This document shows positions 49,777-57,941 of a stretch of DNA of 64,000 bases, one piece after another (position 1 is the stretch's first letter; every line of letters begins with the position of its first letter). Source of the stretch: Candidatus Omnitrophota bacterium (GTDB taxonomy: Bacteria > Omnitrophota > Gorgyraeia > Zapsychrales > JAHFFX01); contig JAHFFY010000002.1 in the NCBI GenBank assembly GCA_023247705.1, positions 38,251-102,250 of the forward strand, read 5' to 3'. The notes beneath the pieces were generated by a model. The model saw nothing but the letters and a program-made list of their open reading frames with translations, was not told where the DNA came from and did not search any database. The position numbers and the translations under genes were made by a program.

Positions 49777-50423
49777 AACGAAAGATTAAGTTAGTTATTT
49801 TTGATCTCGATGGAACACTGGTGAATGCTTATGCGGCCGTTGTGGCGAGCATTAATTTCACACTCAGGACATTAGGCTTACCGTTGCGGGACCGTAATTT
49901 GATCCGCCGGTCGGTGGGGTGGGGCGACACGAAACTTTTGAAACGGTTCGTTGGAGAAGATGCGATCCAAAAAGCGCTGACCATTTACCGCCGTCATCAC
50001 GCGGGCGCTTTAAAGCACGGGACCAAATTTCTTCCCGGAGCGTATCCGCTTTTACAGGATTTAAAAAAGCAGAAATATCAATTGGCGATCGCGAGCAACC
50101 GTCCGACTAGATTTTCGCTCATCATTCTAAGATATCTTAAAATCAGAAAATTGTTTAATGTCGTTCTTTGCGCCGACAAATTGAAAAGAGGCAAACCGGA
50201 CCCGCGGATCCTGAAGGTGATTTTAAAAAAAATGAAAGTCAAACCTCAGGAAGCACTGTATGTCGGTGACATGACGATTGATGTTGAGACCGGGAAGCGC
50301 GCCGACGTCAAAACCGTGGCGGTCTTGACCGGGTCAAGCACGAAGCGGGAGGTGGAGGCATTGAGACCGTCTCGGGTGATTCGAAAGATTTCAGATCTGC
50401 GGATGATTTTAAAGGAAGAATAA
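49773..50423 (+). CDS. HAD family hydrolase (phosphoglycolate phosphatase-like)
   Basis: DLDGT, KPDP, GD...D. Confidence 0.9.
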   Translation: MKRKIKLVIFDLDGTLVNAYAAVVASINFTLRTLGLPLRDRNLIRRSVGWGDTKLLKRFVGEDAIQKALTIYRRHHAGALKHGTKFLPGAYPLLQDLKKQKYQLAIASNRPTRFSLIILRYLKIRKLFNVVLCADKLKRGKPDPRILKVILKKMKVKPQEALYVGDMTIDVETGKRADVKTVAVLTGSSTKREVEALRPSRVIRKISDLRMILKEE

Positions 50424-50543
50424 GAAGGATAAAAGGCTGTTGGACTTTTTCTTTGATTTAAGATTTTGATTGATTATTGTGGGGATATTGGATATAAGGG
50501 GAACTGGCAGGGAGTTTAAGTTTTTTTTAGAAAGGAGCAATTC

Positions 50544-50624
50544 ATGAGTAAGAGAAAACGAAGAGGGAAATTGAATTGGCGTTCCAAGAAAGCCAATCAC
50601 GGTAAAGCTCCGGCCCGGGGGTAG
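50544..50624 (+). CDS. 26-aa basic peptide, bL37-like ribosomal protein (not in ORF track)
   Basis: AAAGGAG SD; MSKRKRRGKLNWRSKKANHGKAPARG. Confidence 0.7.
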   Translation: MSKRKRRGKLNWRSKKANHGKAPARG

Positions 50625-50682
50625 GCTGTTTGTTCGGGGGCGGGATGAAGTAGATCTTTTTTAACGGGAGGAATAAAGGTCT

Positions 50683-51084
50683 ATGCGTCGGTTAATGATC
50701 CGGAAGGAATTGTTGGGGTTGATGTTTTTGTTGTGGGCCAGCGTGAGTTTTGGCGGGTGCGTTTATTTGGTGATCGGCAGTGTGGGGGCGCTCGGTGGTT
50801 ACGCGATCAGCACGGACACGGTGCAGGGCACGCTCGAACGCGAAAAGGACGATCTGTGGGAAGCGTCGCTGTCGGTGGTGAACATCATGGGCAGACTGAC
50901 GCGGCAGGATGAAAGTGAGGGGAAGATCGAGGCGATCGTGAACGGCGCCCGGGTCACGGTCACCATTGACCAGTTTACCTCCAACCTCGTCCGGTTAACG
51001 GTGAAGGCGAGAAAATCGTTTTTCCCCAGCATCGCGACCGCCCAGGATGTCTACATCAAGATTATCAACGAGATGGGCAAATAA
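50683..51084 (+). CDS. DUF3568-like lipoprotein
   Basis: Lipobox FGGC then Gly-rich hydrophobic stretch. Confidence 0.6.
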   Translation: MRRLMIRKELLGLMFLLWASVSFGGCVYLVIGSVGALGGYAISTDTVQGTLEREKDDLWEASLSVVNIMGRLTRQDESEGKIEAIVNGARVTVTIDQFTSNLVRLTVKARKSFFPSIATAQDVYIKIINEMGK

Positions 51085-51108
51085 GCGTCACGCCATTGAA
51101 TAATATAT

Positions 51109-51138
51109 TTGACATTTTACGGACGGTTAGTATACAAT
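51109..51138 (+). promoter_or_regulatory. sigma70-like promoter for the tRNA genes
   Basis: TTGACA-N18-TACAAT. Confidence 0.6.
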
Positions 51139-51196
51139 GGCTTCCTCCCATGAGACAAAATTTTTTGTAGTTGTGTTCCTTCGCAAGATTTTTGTT

Positions 51197-51269
51197 GCCG
51201 AGATAGCTCAGGTAGTAGAGCGCAGGCCTGAAAAGCCTGGCGTCCCCAGTGCAAGTCTGGGTCTCGGCA
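51197..51269 (+). tRNA. tRNA-Phe (GAA), CCA not encoded
   Basis: Acceptor GCCGAGA/TCTCGGC; anticodon arm CAGGC-CTGAAAA-GCCTG. Confidence 0.92.
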
Positions 51270-51366
51270 TTCTACTTCGCCCCTTGCCATTAAAACAAGG
51301 ATAGGGCTTCGTGGAATTTTTAAATTCTACGAAGCTCAAACACGGAAATATTTGAGCGAAGTAGAA
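51270..51366. repeat. Palindromic element directly after tRNA-Phe
   Basis: TTCTACTTCGC...GCGAAGTAGAA termini; inner GCTTCGTGGAATT/AATTCTACGAAGC. Confidence 0.6.
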
Positions 51367-51456
51367 CTCTACTTTACCATTCGAAAATAAAAATAACCGC
51401 AGGGCTTTATCGTCGTTTCGAAGATTTTGCGCCGCAGAACAATTTATTTTAAAGAT

Positions 51457-51529
51457 GCTGGCGTAGCTCAGTTAGTAGAGCAGCGGTTTCGTAAACCGCG
51501 GGCCGTAGGTGCAATTCCTATCGCCAGCT
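51457..51529 (+). tRNA. tRNA-Thr (CGT), CCA not encoded
   Basis: Acceptor GCTGGCG/CGCCAGC; anticodon arm GCGGT-TTCGTAA-ACCGC. Confidence 0.92.
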
Positions 51530-51803
51530 TTTTTCTTTTGAAAGCCGTAAAGCTGTTCGCGGCCAACGCGGGGCGCCCCAGCGACGGATTTTTTCGTTTT
51601 AGCCCGTTTGTTTTTGTTTGAGATTCAAAAACGAGGGACCCCGGGTTCAATTCACTGCGCCAGCCTTCGCCGGGGCGTAAAGGCCTGAACGGTTTCAAAA
51701 TCTAAAATTTTCTTCGCGAACTTTCCTTCCCAGCGTTGCGGCATTCTTGTGAAAATTTTCGGTTTAATCTTCCGCAGATCCGTTTTCGCAAGTAAAATAA
51801 GCC

Positions 51804-53654
51804 ATGAAAAAGTTGGGCGTTCTTAATTCCCTGCCCGGGATATTTTTGATCCTGGCCGCGTTGACTTTCCTGCTTTACTCGTTTGTCCTGCAAAGCGATT
51901 TCAAAACGATGGACGATCAGGTTTCGATCGTCGACAACGAACACATCAAAAGCTTCGGGCACATCGACAAGATTTTTACGACGTCCTTTTTCGGCGGCAA
52001 TGCCTACTACCGGCCGCTCGTTTCGTTAAGCTTCATGCTGGAATATCATTTCTTCGGTTTGAATCCCTTGTTTTATTATCTGACGAATATTTTCATTCAC
52101 GCGCTGGCGGCGTTTTTTGGATTCTTGATCATGGAGGCGATTTTCGCTCAGGTGTCCGGCTTCAGCGCGGCGTCGCGCAGGCTCGCGTTTTTGATCGCTT
52201 TGTTGTTTGCCGTTCACCCTGTTCACTGGGAGGCGGTGTCCAACATCCCCGGACGGGCGATTTTGTTGTGCGGTCTTTTTAATCTGATCGCCTTTTATTG
52301 TTTTTGTCTGTACCGCAGCCGTGGTCGGGACAAACGGTTTCTCTTTTTGTCTTTGGCGTGTTTTGCTTCGAGTTTGTTGTCGAAAGAATCCGGAATCGTC
52401 CTGCCCTTGACGTTAGCGGCGTATCTGTGTTGGGGGGAGAAAGAATCGATCCGTTCTTTGCGGATCCTGACGTGCGTGATCATTCCCTACGCGTTTGTCG
52501 CCGCGGGATATCTGACGGTCAGACATTACCTGGACATCACGCATCTTTTTTACTGGCGGTCGGTGGGGGAATCTCTCCTCGGCCTGTTGGCATTTTTGCG
52601 CAGCGTGATCACGCATCTGCGGATTTTTGTTTGTCCGCTTGATCTGCATTTTGACCGGATGCGGCCGGTGTTCTTGAGTTTTACGGACATCGAATTGATC
52701 TTGACGGTGATGTTCTTTGCGGCCTTGGGCCGGATATTTTTTCTGCTGAGCCAAAAATGCCCGCGGGTCATCTGGTTCTTCGCGGCGTGGTTTTGGATTG
52801 AGCTGTTGCCGGTCTCCCAGTTTCTGGTTTCGATCGGAGTGCAGCCCGGGTACATTTCGACCGCCGAACATTTCCTCTACATGCCCTCCTGGGGAATGTT
52901 CGCTTTGATGGTTCTGGGGATTGAGATTGTTTACGAAAAAAACAAAACCCGCCGCTGGATTTCTCTTCTGGTTTTTCAATCGTTCGTCGTTGCGTTCTAC
53001 ATCTTCCTGGCCGTGATGACGATTGTGCAGAATATTTATTCTGCCAACGAATGGGCGATGTTCGAGCGGACCCTGCGGTTTAATCCCAAAAACACCCGTA
53101 TCCGCACTTCACTTGGCCTTAGTTACGCCCGTTACCATTTGTTCCCGGAGGCGCAGAAACAATTCCGTGAGGTCTTGGCCGTCGACCCGCTGAATACACG
53201 CGCCCGGATCGGCCTGGGCAAATCTCTGTGTGACCAAGGCCATTTCTGGGAGGGGATCCAGGAATACGAAAAAATCCAAGACCCGGGAAATCAGAAAGAA
53301 TTGCTAGAGAAAAACCTCAAGTTAACTTACAATATTTTGGTTTTGAAATATCAGGACACCATTAAACGTGAACCGGCCAATGCCAAGGCTTATTACAGTC
53401 TAGGCGTGATTTATTCTAAAGAAAACGACATCACCTCGGCGATCGCGCAATATGAAAAATCCGTCGGGCTCGATCCGAATTTCCGGGAAGCACTGTTTAA
53501 TCTGGCTTCGAGCCTGGAGGTCACCGACCGCAGGAAGGAAGCCCCGGCGTATTATGAACGCATGCTGGCTCTTCCCGCGGCAGATGATCATTTAACCGAA
53601 TACGCGCGCGTTCATTTGTTAGATATCCGCCGGAAATTAGGCGGTACGCAGTAA
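51804..53654 (+). CDS. TMTC-like GT-C glycosyltransferase with C-terminal TPRs
   Basis: DD...I..N, YYRPL, LFAVHPVH.EAV, LLSKES; TPRs. Confidence 0.85.
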   Translation: MKKLGVLNSLPGIFLILAALTFLLYSFVLQSDFKTMDDQVSIVDNEHIKSFGHIDKIFTTSFFGGNAYYRPLVSLSFMLEYHFFGLNPLFYYLTNIFIHALAAFFGFLIMEAIFAQVSGFSAASRRLAFLIALLFAVHPVHWEAVSNIPGRAILLCGLFNLIAFYCFCLYRSRGRDKRFLFLSLACFASSLLSKESGIVLPLTLAAYLCWGEKESIRSLRILTCVIIPYAFVAAGYLTVRHYLDITHLFYWRSVGESLLGLLAFLRSVITHLRIFVCPLDLHFDRMRPVFLSFTDIELILTVMFFAALGRIFFLLSQKCPRVIWFFAAWFWIELLPVSQFLVSIGVQPGYISTAEHFLYMPSWGMFALMVLGIEIVYEKNKTRRWISLLVFQSFVVAFYIFLAVMTIVQNIYSANEWAMFERTLRFNPKNTRIRTSLGLSYARYHLFPEAQKQFREVLAVDPLNTRARIGLGKSLCDQGHFWEGIQEYEKIQDPGNQKELLEKNLKLTYNILVLKYQDTIKREPANAKAYYSLGVIYSKENDITSAIAQYEKSVGLDPNFREALFNLASSLEVTDRRKEAPAYYERMLALPAADDHLTEYARVHLLDIRRKLGGTQ

Positions 53655-53671
53655 TTAGAGAAAACGACGAA

Positions 53672-53786
53672 GGCAAATTTTCCAGAGAAGACGCTTTCGC
53701 AGGGATCCCATGCTCAAACAGTTCGCGCGATGCGCTCAAACTCGCATGGTGATCCCTGGGAAAGCGTTTGGTGGAAAAAATTTGCC
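53672..53786. repeat. Long imperfect palindrome (REP/MITE-like)
   Basis: Nested GGCAAATTTTCC, ACGCTTTC, CAGGGATC, CCATGC arms and their complements. Confidence 0.65.
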
Positions 53787-53917
53787 CCACACCGGAATCA
53801 GAGAAGAAACCGATGAAGACAAATTTTCCGAAGATGGCACTTTCGAAGGTTAATGAACTTTGCGAGTCATCGTGTATGAAGAATTGGACTTCCTTGCGAT
53901 TTTTCTCTGATCATTTT

Positions 53918-54012
53918 TATAGCGCAGTGCAAAAGTTTTGCAACACAGTTTGGGGAAGTATCTCCTTGAGAAAATATTCAAAAATGTTGCAGAATTTTTG
54001 CACCAGGCTATA
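53918..54012. mobile_element. MITE-like element with ~28-bp imperfect terminal inverted repeats and TA ends
   Basis: TATAGCGCAGTGCAAAAGTTTTGCAACA ... TGTTGCAGAATTTTTGCACCAGGCTATA. Confidence 0.55.
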
Positions 54013-54099
54013 TGTAGGGAAATGGTGGACAAAAATCACAGCAATGAGGGGGAAGAATTTTTACGAAAAAATCAAACAATAAAAAATATAAAACGCCCC

Positions 54100-55380
54100 A
54101 TGAATAAATTCCTGCAAAATTTTAAGAATAAAGATTTCTTCTTCCTCTGGCTTGCCCAGATTATCTCCCAGTTCGGGGACCGGATGAACCAGATGGCCCT
54201 GATCGGTCTCATTGCCCATCGCATGCCGGGTTCGGCCGTGGGGTTAGCCAAGTTGTTATCGTTTACGATCATTCCGGTTTTTCTCGTCGGCCCGATCGCC
54301 GGCGTGTACGTTGACCGCTGGGACCGCCGGGTGACGTTGATTATCTGCGATGTGTTAAGAGGGTTGCTGGTGTTCACGATCCCTTTTGTGTTTATGGCGC
54401 AGGATTCGATGATCCCGATTTATCTCGTTGTCTTTCTCGCTTTTTGCCTGAGCCGGTTTTATGTTCCGGCCAAGATGTCGATTGTGCCTGACCTCGTGGA
54501 CAAAGAGGATCTGTTGATCGTGAATTCGTTGCTGTCGGTCACGGGCATGATCGCCTTTGTGTTCGGCTGTGCCTTCGGCGGATTCTTGGTGGAACGCATC
54601 GGCGCCCGGGGAGGATTTATCATCGATGCCGTTACATTTTTTGTCTCGGCGTTTTTGGTTTTGTTCATCCGTCCGCGGGTCAAATTGTCGTTGAGCCGAA
54701 GGCGAATGATTTCCACCAGCCGGGAAATGATTTCAATCTTTAAAAAATCGGTCATCGAAGAAATGAAAGATGGCGTCGCCTATCTTTTTAGGCAAAAAGA
54801 GATCCGGTTTACGATCAGCATGTTATTTATTTTGTTCTCGGCGGCCGGGGCCATTTATGTGGTGATCATTGTGTTTATCCAGCAGTCCTTCGGCAGCGTC
54901 ACGAAGGATTTGGGTGTGCTGGCGGTGTGTCTGGGGGTGGGATTATTTCTCGGCGCCATTTCTTACGGGCGCTGGGGGGAGAAGATCAGTGCGTTCCGGA
55001 TGATTTTTATTTCGCTTATCCTGGGAGGGATCGCCTTGATTCTTTTCGCGTTGACTGTCGAGAAAACAAAAAATTTATTCACCGCCCTCGCCCTGGCCTG
55101 GCTCATCGGTTTGATCATCGGGCCGATTTTCATTGCCTCCAACACGATCGTACATCAGGTCAGCGACCATCAGATGCGCGGAAAAGTTTTCAGCGGCCTG
55201 GAGATGGTGATCCATTTCGCGTTCCTGATCGCGATGCTCGTCAGTTCGTATTTGTCGGACTATATTAACCGGTTCTGGATTTTGATGGCGATCGGCATCA
55301 TTTTCGCGGTCGTTGGGCTGGGTGGTTTATCGAGAGAAGAGATCAAAGACCGAAGAGTGCGGCCGCAGACGGTTCTGTAA
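54100..55380 (+). CDS. MFS transporter (DHA3-like)
   Basis: LWLAQ.IS.FGD, G..VDRWDRR, RGKVF. Confidence 0.92.
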   Translation: MNKFLQNFKNKDFFFLWLAQIISQFGDRMNQMALIGLIAHRMPGSAVGLAKLLSFTIIPVFLVGPIAGVYVDRWDRRVTLIICDVLRGLLVFTIPFVFMAQDSMIPIYLVVFLAFCLSRFYVPAKMSIVPDLVDKEDLLIVNSLLSVTGMIAFVFGCAFGGFLVERIGARGGFIIDAVTFFVSAFLVLFIRPRVKLSLSRRRMISTSREMISIFKKSVIEEMKDGVAYLFRQKEIRFTISMLFILFSAAGAIYVVIIVFIQQSFGSVTKDLGVLAVCLGVGLFLGAISYGRWGEKISAFRMIFISLILGGIALILFALTVEKTKNLFTALALAWLIGLIIGPIFIASNTIVHQVSDHQMRGKVFSGLEMVIHFAFLIAMLVSSYLSDYINRFWILMAIGIIFAVVGLGGLSREEIKDRRVRPQTVL

Positions 55381-55516
55381 ACGTCATAACCCGTCATTGC
55401 GAACATCGTGGTTTTATTGGGACGAAGTTCAATCATCACGATGGCGCGATGAAATTTTGAGAGAGCTGTGGTATACTATAACCGTCATACGGAAACATGA
55501 TCGATAGGAGGTTAGT

Positions 55517-55723
55517 ATGATTACTGTCAAAATTTCTCCCAAGTTTCAGGTGGTGATCCCTCGGGAAGTCCGTAAATCATTTGATATCCTTCCGGGAGGA
55601 AAGCTGCAAATTCTATCTTACCAAAATCGAATAGAATTAATTCCAGTCAAAAAAATGAAGAAGATGAGAGGTTTTCTTAAAGGAATAGATCACAGTGTAG
55701 AGCGTGAAAAAGATCGGCTATGA
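55517..55723 (+). CDS. AbrB/MazE-type antitoxin (VapB)
   Basis: KISPKFQVVIPREVR; overlaps the PIN gene. Confidence 0.88.
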   Translation: MITVKISPKFQVVIPREVRKSFDILPGGKLQILSYQNRIELIPVKKMKKMRGFLKGIDHSVEREKDRL

Positions 55724-55980
55724 ACCTTGTCGACTCTTCCGGCTGGCTGGAATATTTATCCGATGGCCCCCAAGCGGATTCTTTTGCTTCTCCTTTAGAA
55801 AATGTCCATAATCTTCTTGTCCCTTCGATCTGCATCTTCGAAATATTTAAACGAGTTCTGTCTCAGAGAGGCGAAGATAAGGCTCTTCAGGCTGTCTCTC
55901 TGATGCATCATGGCCGGGTCATTCCGTTAGATACTGTTTTATTTCTTCGTGCGGCGAGATTAGAGGAGAACATCGCATGA
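55720..55980 (+). pseudogene. VapC PIN toxin, C-terminally truncated
   Basis: VDSSGWLEY, I.E; ends after 86 aa without the AD..I.A / T.D.F motifs. Confidence 0.75.
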
Positions 55981-56576
55981 ACTTCGCCGTCTTCGCCTCA
56001 GGCCACGGTTCCAATCTGCAGGCCATCATTGATGCTTTGAAAAAGAAAAAAATCAAAACGCGCTTGGCGTTGGTTGTTTGCGATCGTAAGGACGCCCGCG
56101 CTCTGCAGCGCGCCGCGAAAGCTAAAATCCCATCGGTCTTGATCGACCCGCAGTCATTTCCCAACCGGGAACTGTTTGACCGGGAAGCGGTGAAACACCT
56201 GGAGGCCGCTCGGATCGATTTCATCGTCCTCGCCGGATTCATGCGGATTTTAAGTCCGTATTTCATCAAAGCGTATGAAGGAAAGATCCTCAACATCCAT
56301 CCATCGCTCTTGCCCGCCTTTAAAGGCGCCCATGCCATCCGCGATGCCTTCGCGCACGCGGTCAAAGTGACCGGCGTCACGGTCCATTTTGTGACGGAAG
56401 AACTCGACCACGGTCCGATCATCCTGCAGGAATCCCTCGCGGTCAGCTCCCAAGACACCTTGGCATCGCTTGAAAAGAAAATTCATGGCCTTGAACACAA
56501 ACTCTATCCGAAGGCGATTGATCTTTTCGCCCGCGGGCGTTTGTCGTTCGCCGGCCGCAAGGTCGTTATTCGCTGA
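55977..56576 (+). CDS. purN: Phosphoribosylglycinamide formyltransferase
   Basis: SG.GSNLQA, LAGFMRIL, NIHPSLLP, D.GPII.Q. Confidence 0.97.
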   Translation: MNFAVFASGHGSNLQAIIDALKKKKIKTRLALVVCDRKDARALQRAAKAKIPSVLIDPQSFPNRELFDREAVKHLEAARIDFIVLAGFMRILSPYFIKAYEGKILNIHPSLLPAFKGAHAIRDAFAHAVKVTGVTVHFVTEELDHGPIILQESLAVSSQDTLASLEKKIHGLEHKLYPKAIDLFARGRLSFAGRKVVIR

Positions 56577-57936
56577 ATGTTTTTAACTGGGATTTGTTGA
56601 AGAGATATTCTTTATCCTGGCGCAGATTATGGAGTTTGATCGTGGTGAAATCCTCGAAATGATAGCCGCTCGTCACTTCCCCGACGGCCTTTAGAATCTC
56701 ATCCTCATCATCTTCTCCCGGTGGGAAATCGCTTTGCCGGTATTTGAACCGGATGCGCGTCATGATCTGCTGGGTGAGAAATTCCGGCATCTGGATCTCT
56801 TTGTAGTCGAGATGGTGCCCCTGCATATCGCCGATAAAAAATTTATCGCCCCGGGACTCGGAGGTGTAACGTTTGATGAACTCATCGTAGGGAATGGCCT
56901 GCGACATGTAACGCTTGAAGTCTTCGAAATAAAACGTCGCCTGGGTCTCGATGCCTTTAGCGATGTCCGTAATAACGATCACGAAAAAATCAGGAAAGTC
57001 CGGGGTCCGTTCTACTTCAAAGAATGTCCGGGAGATCGCCGTAAAAATGCCGTTCTGGGCCTGGATATATTCGGGCGTGTAATTGTTCCCGATCCCGGGA
57101 TCTTTCTCGGAGCGTAATGTTTTCACGATATCATATTCGAAGCTGAAGGTTTTGTCCTTAAAGTCTCCCTCGAGATACATGATGGAGGGTTTGGGCTTGA
57201 GTTTCTGCAGGGCCCGCATCATTCCCATCCGGCCGAAGCCCAGCGGATTGGTGGCCTTGGCCTCAAAATCAAATACCGGATGTTCCAGCGCCAGATAAAT
57301 CCATAAAGTTTTTTTCAATGGCTTGACAAAAAGATGATAGGCGAAGCGTTTCTGCAGGGCGTAGGGATAAAGGTCCTGCAGGATATAATGGTTGAGCCAT
57401 TTGACCGATAATTTTTCTTCGTCGCCCAGAGAGGCTGTCTCTTTGCCGAAGAAGGTCAATTGATTGCGGAAGGTCTTTGTTTTCTCGCTTAAATGACTGT
57501 CGAGAGTCTCTGGGTTGCCGTAATATTGACGGAGCTGTTGATACAGATCGTAATTGACGAGGATTTTGTTTAAATCATCGACCCAGGCCTTTTGATCGTA
57601 TTCCCGCAGCTGCGGATTTTTTGTAAACTCCGTGATAAAAGTTTTGTTTTGTTCAGAGAGGTTTTTATAAACCGGATGGTTCGGATTTTCCTTAAGGCGC
57701 AGGAGGAGGGCGGGCATGTCAAGGATGTCGCCCCAGGAGAGGAAGGAGTTTTGCCAGATGTCGGTGGCATACTGCTCGAAATTTTCCCGGAACTTGACGA
57801 CAAAATCCTTGCTCGCTTCATCGAGGGTCAGTGATTTTTCGGGTTTCGGCGCGGGGCCGCACCCGGCGATCAGCACAATAAGACAAGCGATGCCAATCAA
57901 TATCCGATGGAAGGTATCTTTTTTTAACATTAACAT
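56566..57936 (-). CDS. Hypothetical lipoprotein downstream of the ftsH-like gene
   Basis: Lipobox IAGC; 5-nt gap to the upstream gene. Confidence 0.65.
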   Translation of the reverse strand: MLMLKKDTFHRILIGIACLIVLIAGCGPAPKPEKSLTLDEASKDFVVKFRENFEQYATDIWQNSFLSWGDILDMPALLLRLKENPNHPVYKNLSEQNKTFITEFTKNPQLREYDQKAWVDDLNKILVNYDLYQQLRQYYGNPETLDSHLSEKTKTFRNQLTFFGKETASLGDEEKLSVKWLNHYILQDLYPYALQKRFAYHLFVKPLKKTLWIYLALEHPVFDFEAKATNPLGFGRMGMMRALQKLKPKPSIMYLEGDFKDKTFSFEYDIVKTLRSEKDPGIGNNYTPEYIQAQNGIFTAISRTFFEVERTPDFPDFFVIVITDIAKGIETQATFYFEDFKRYMSQAIPYDEFIKRYTSESRGDKFFIGDMQGHHLDYKEIQMPEFLTQQIMTRIRFKYRQSDFPPGEDDEDEILKAVGEVTSGYHFEDFTTIKLHNLRQDKEYLFNKSQLKTFSE

Positions 57937-57941
57937 TTAAA

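Noticed and set aside
53768-54099. ORF 53768-54082 and the MFS N-terminal extension
   Set aside because: Both run through palindromic repeat DNA and have no protein-like features
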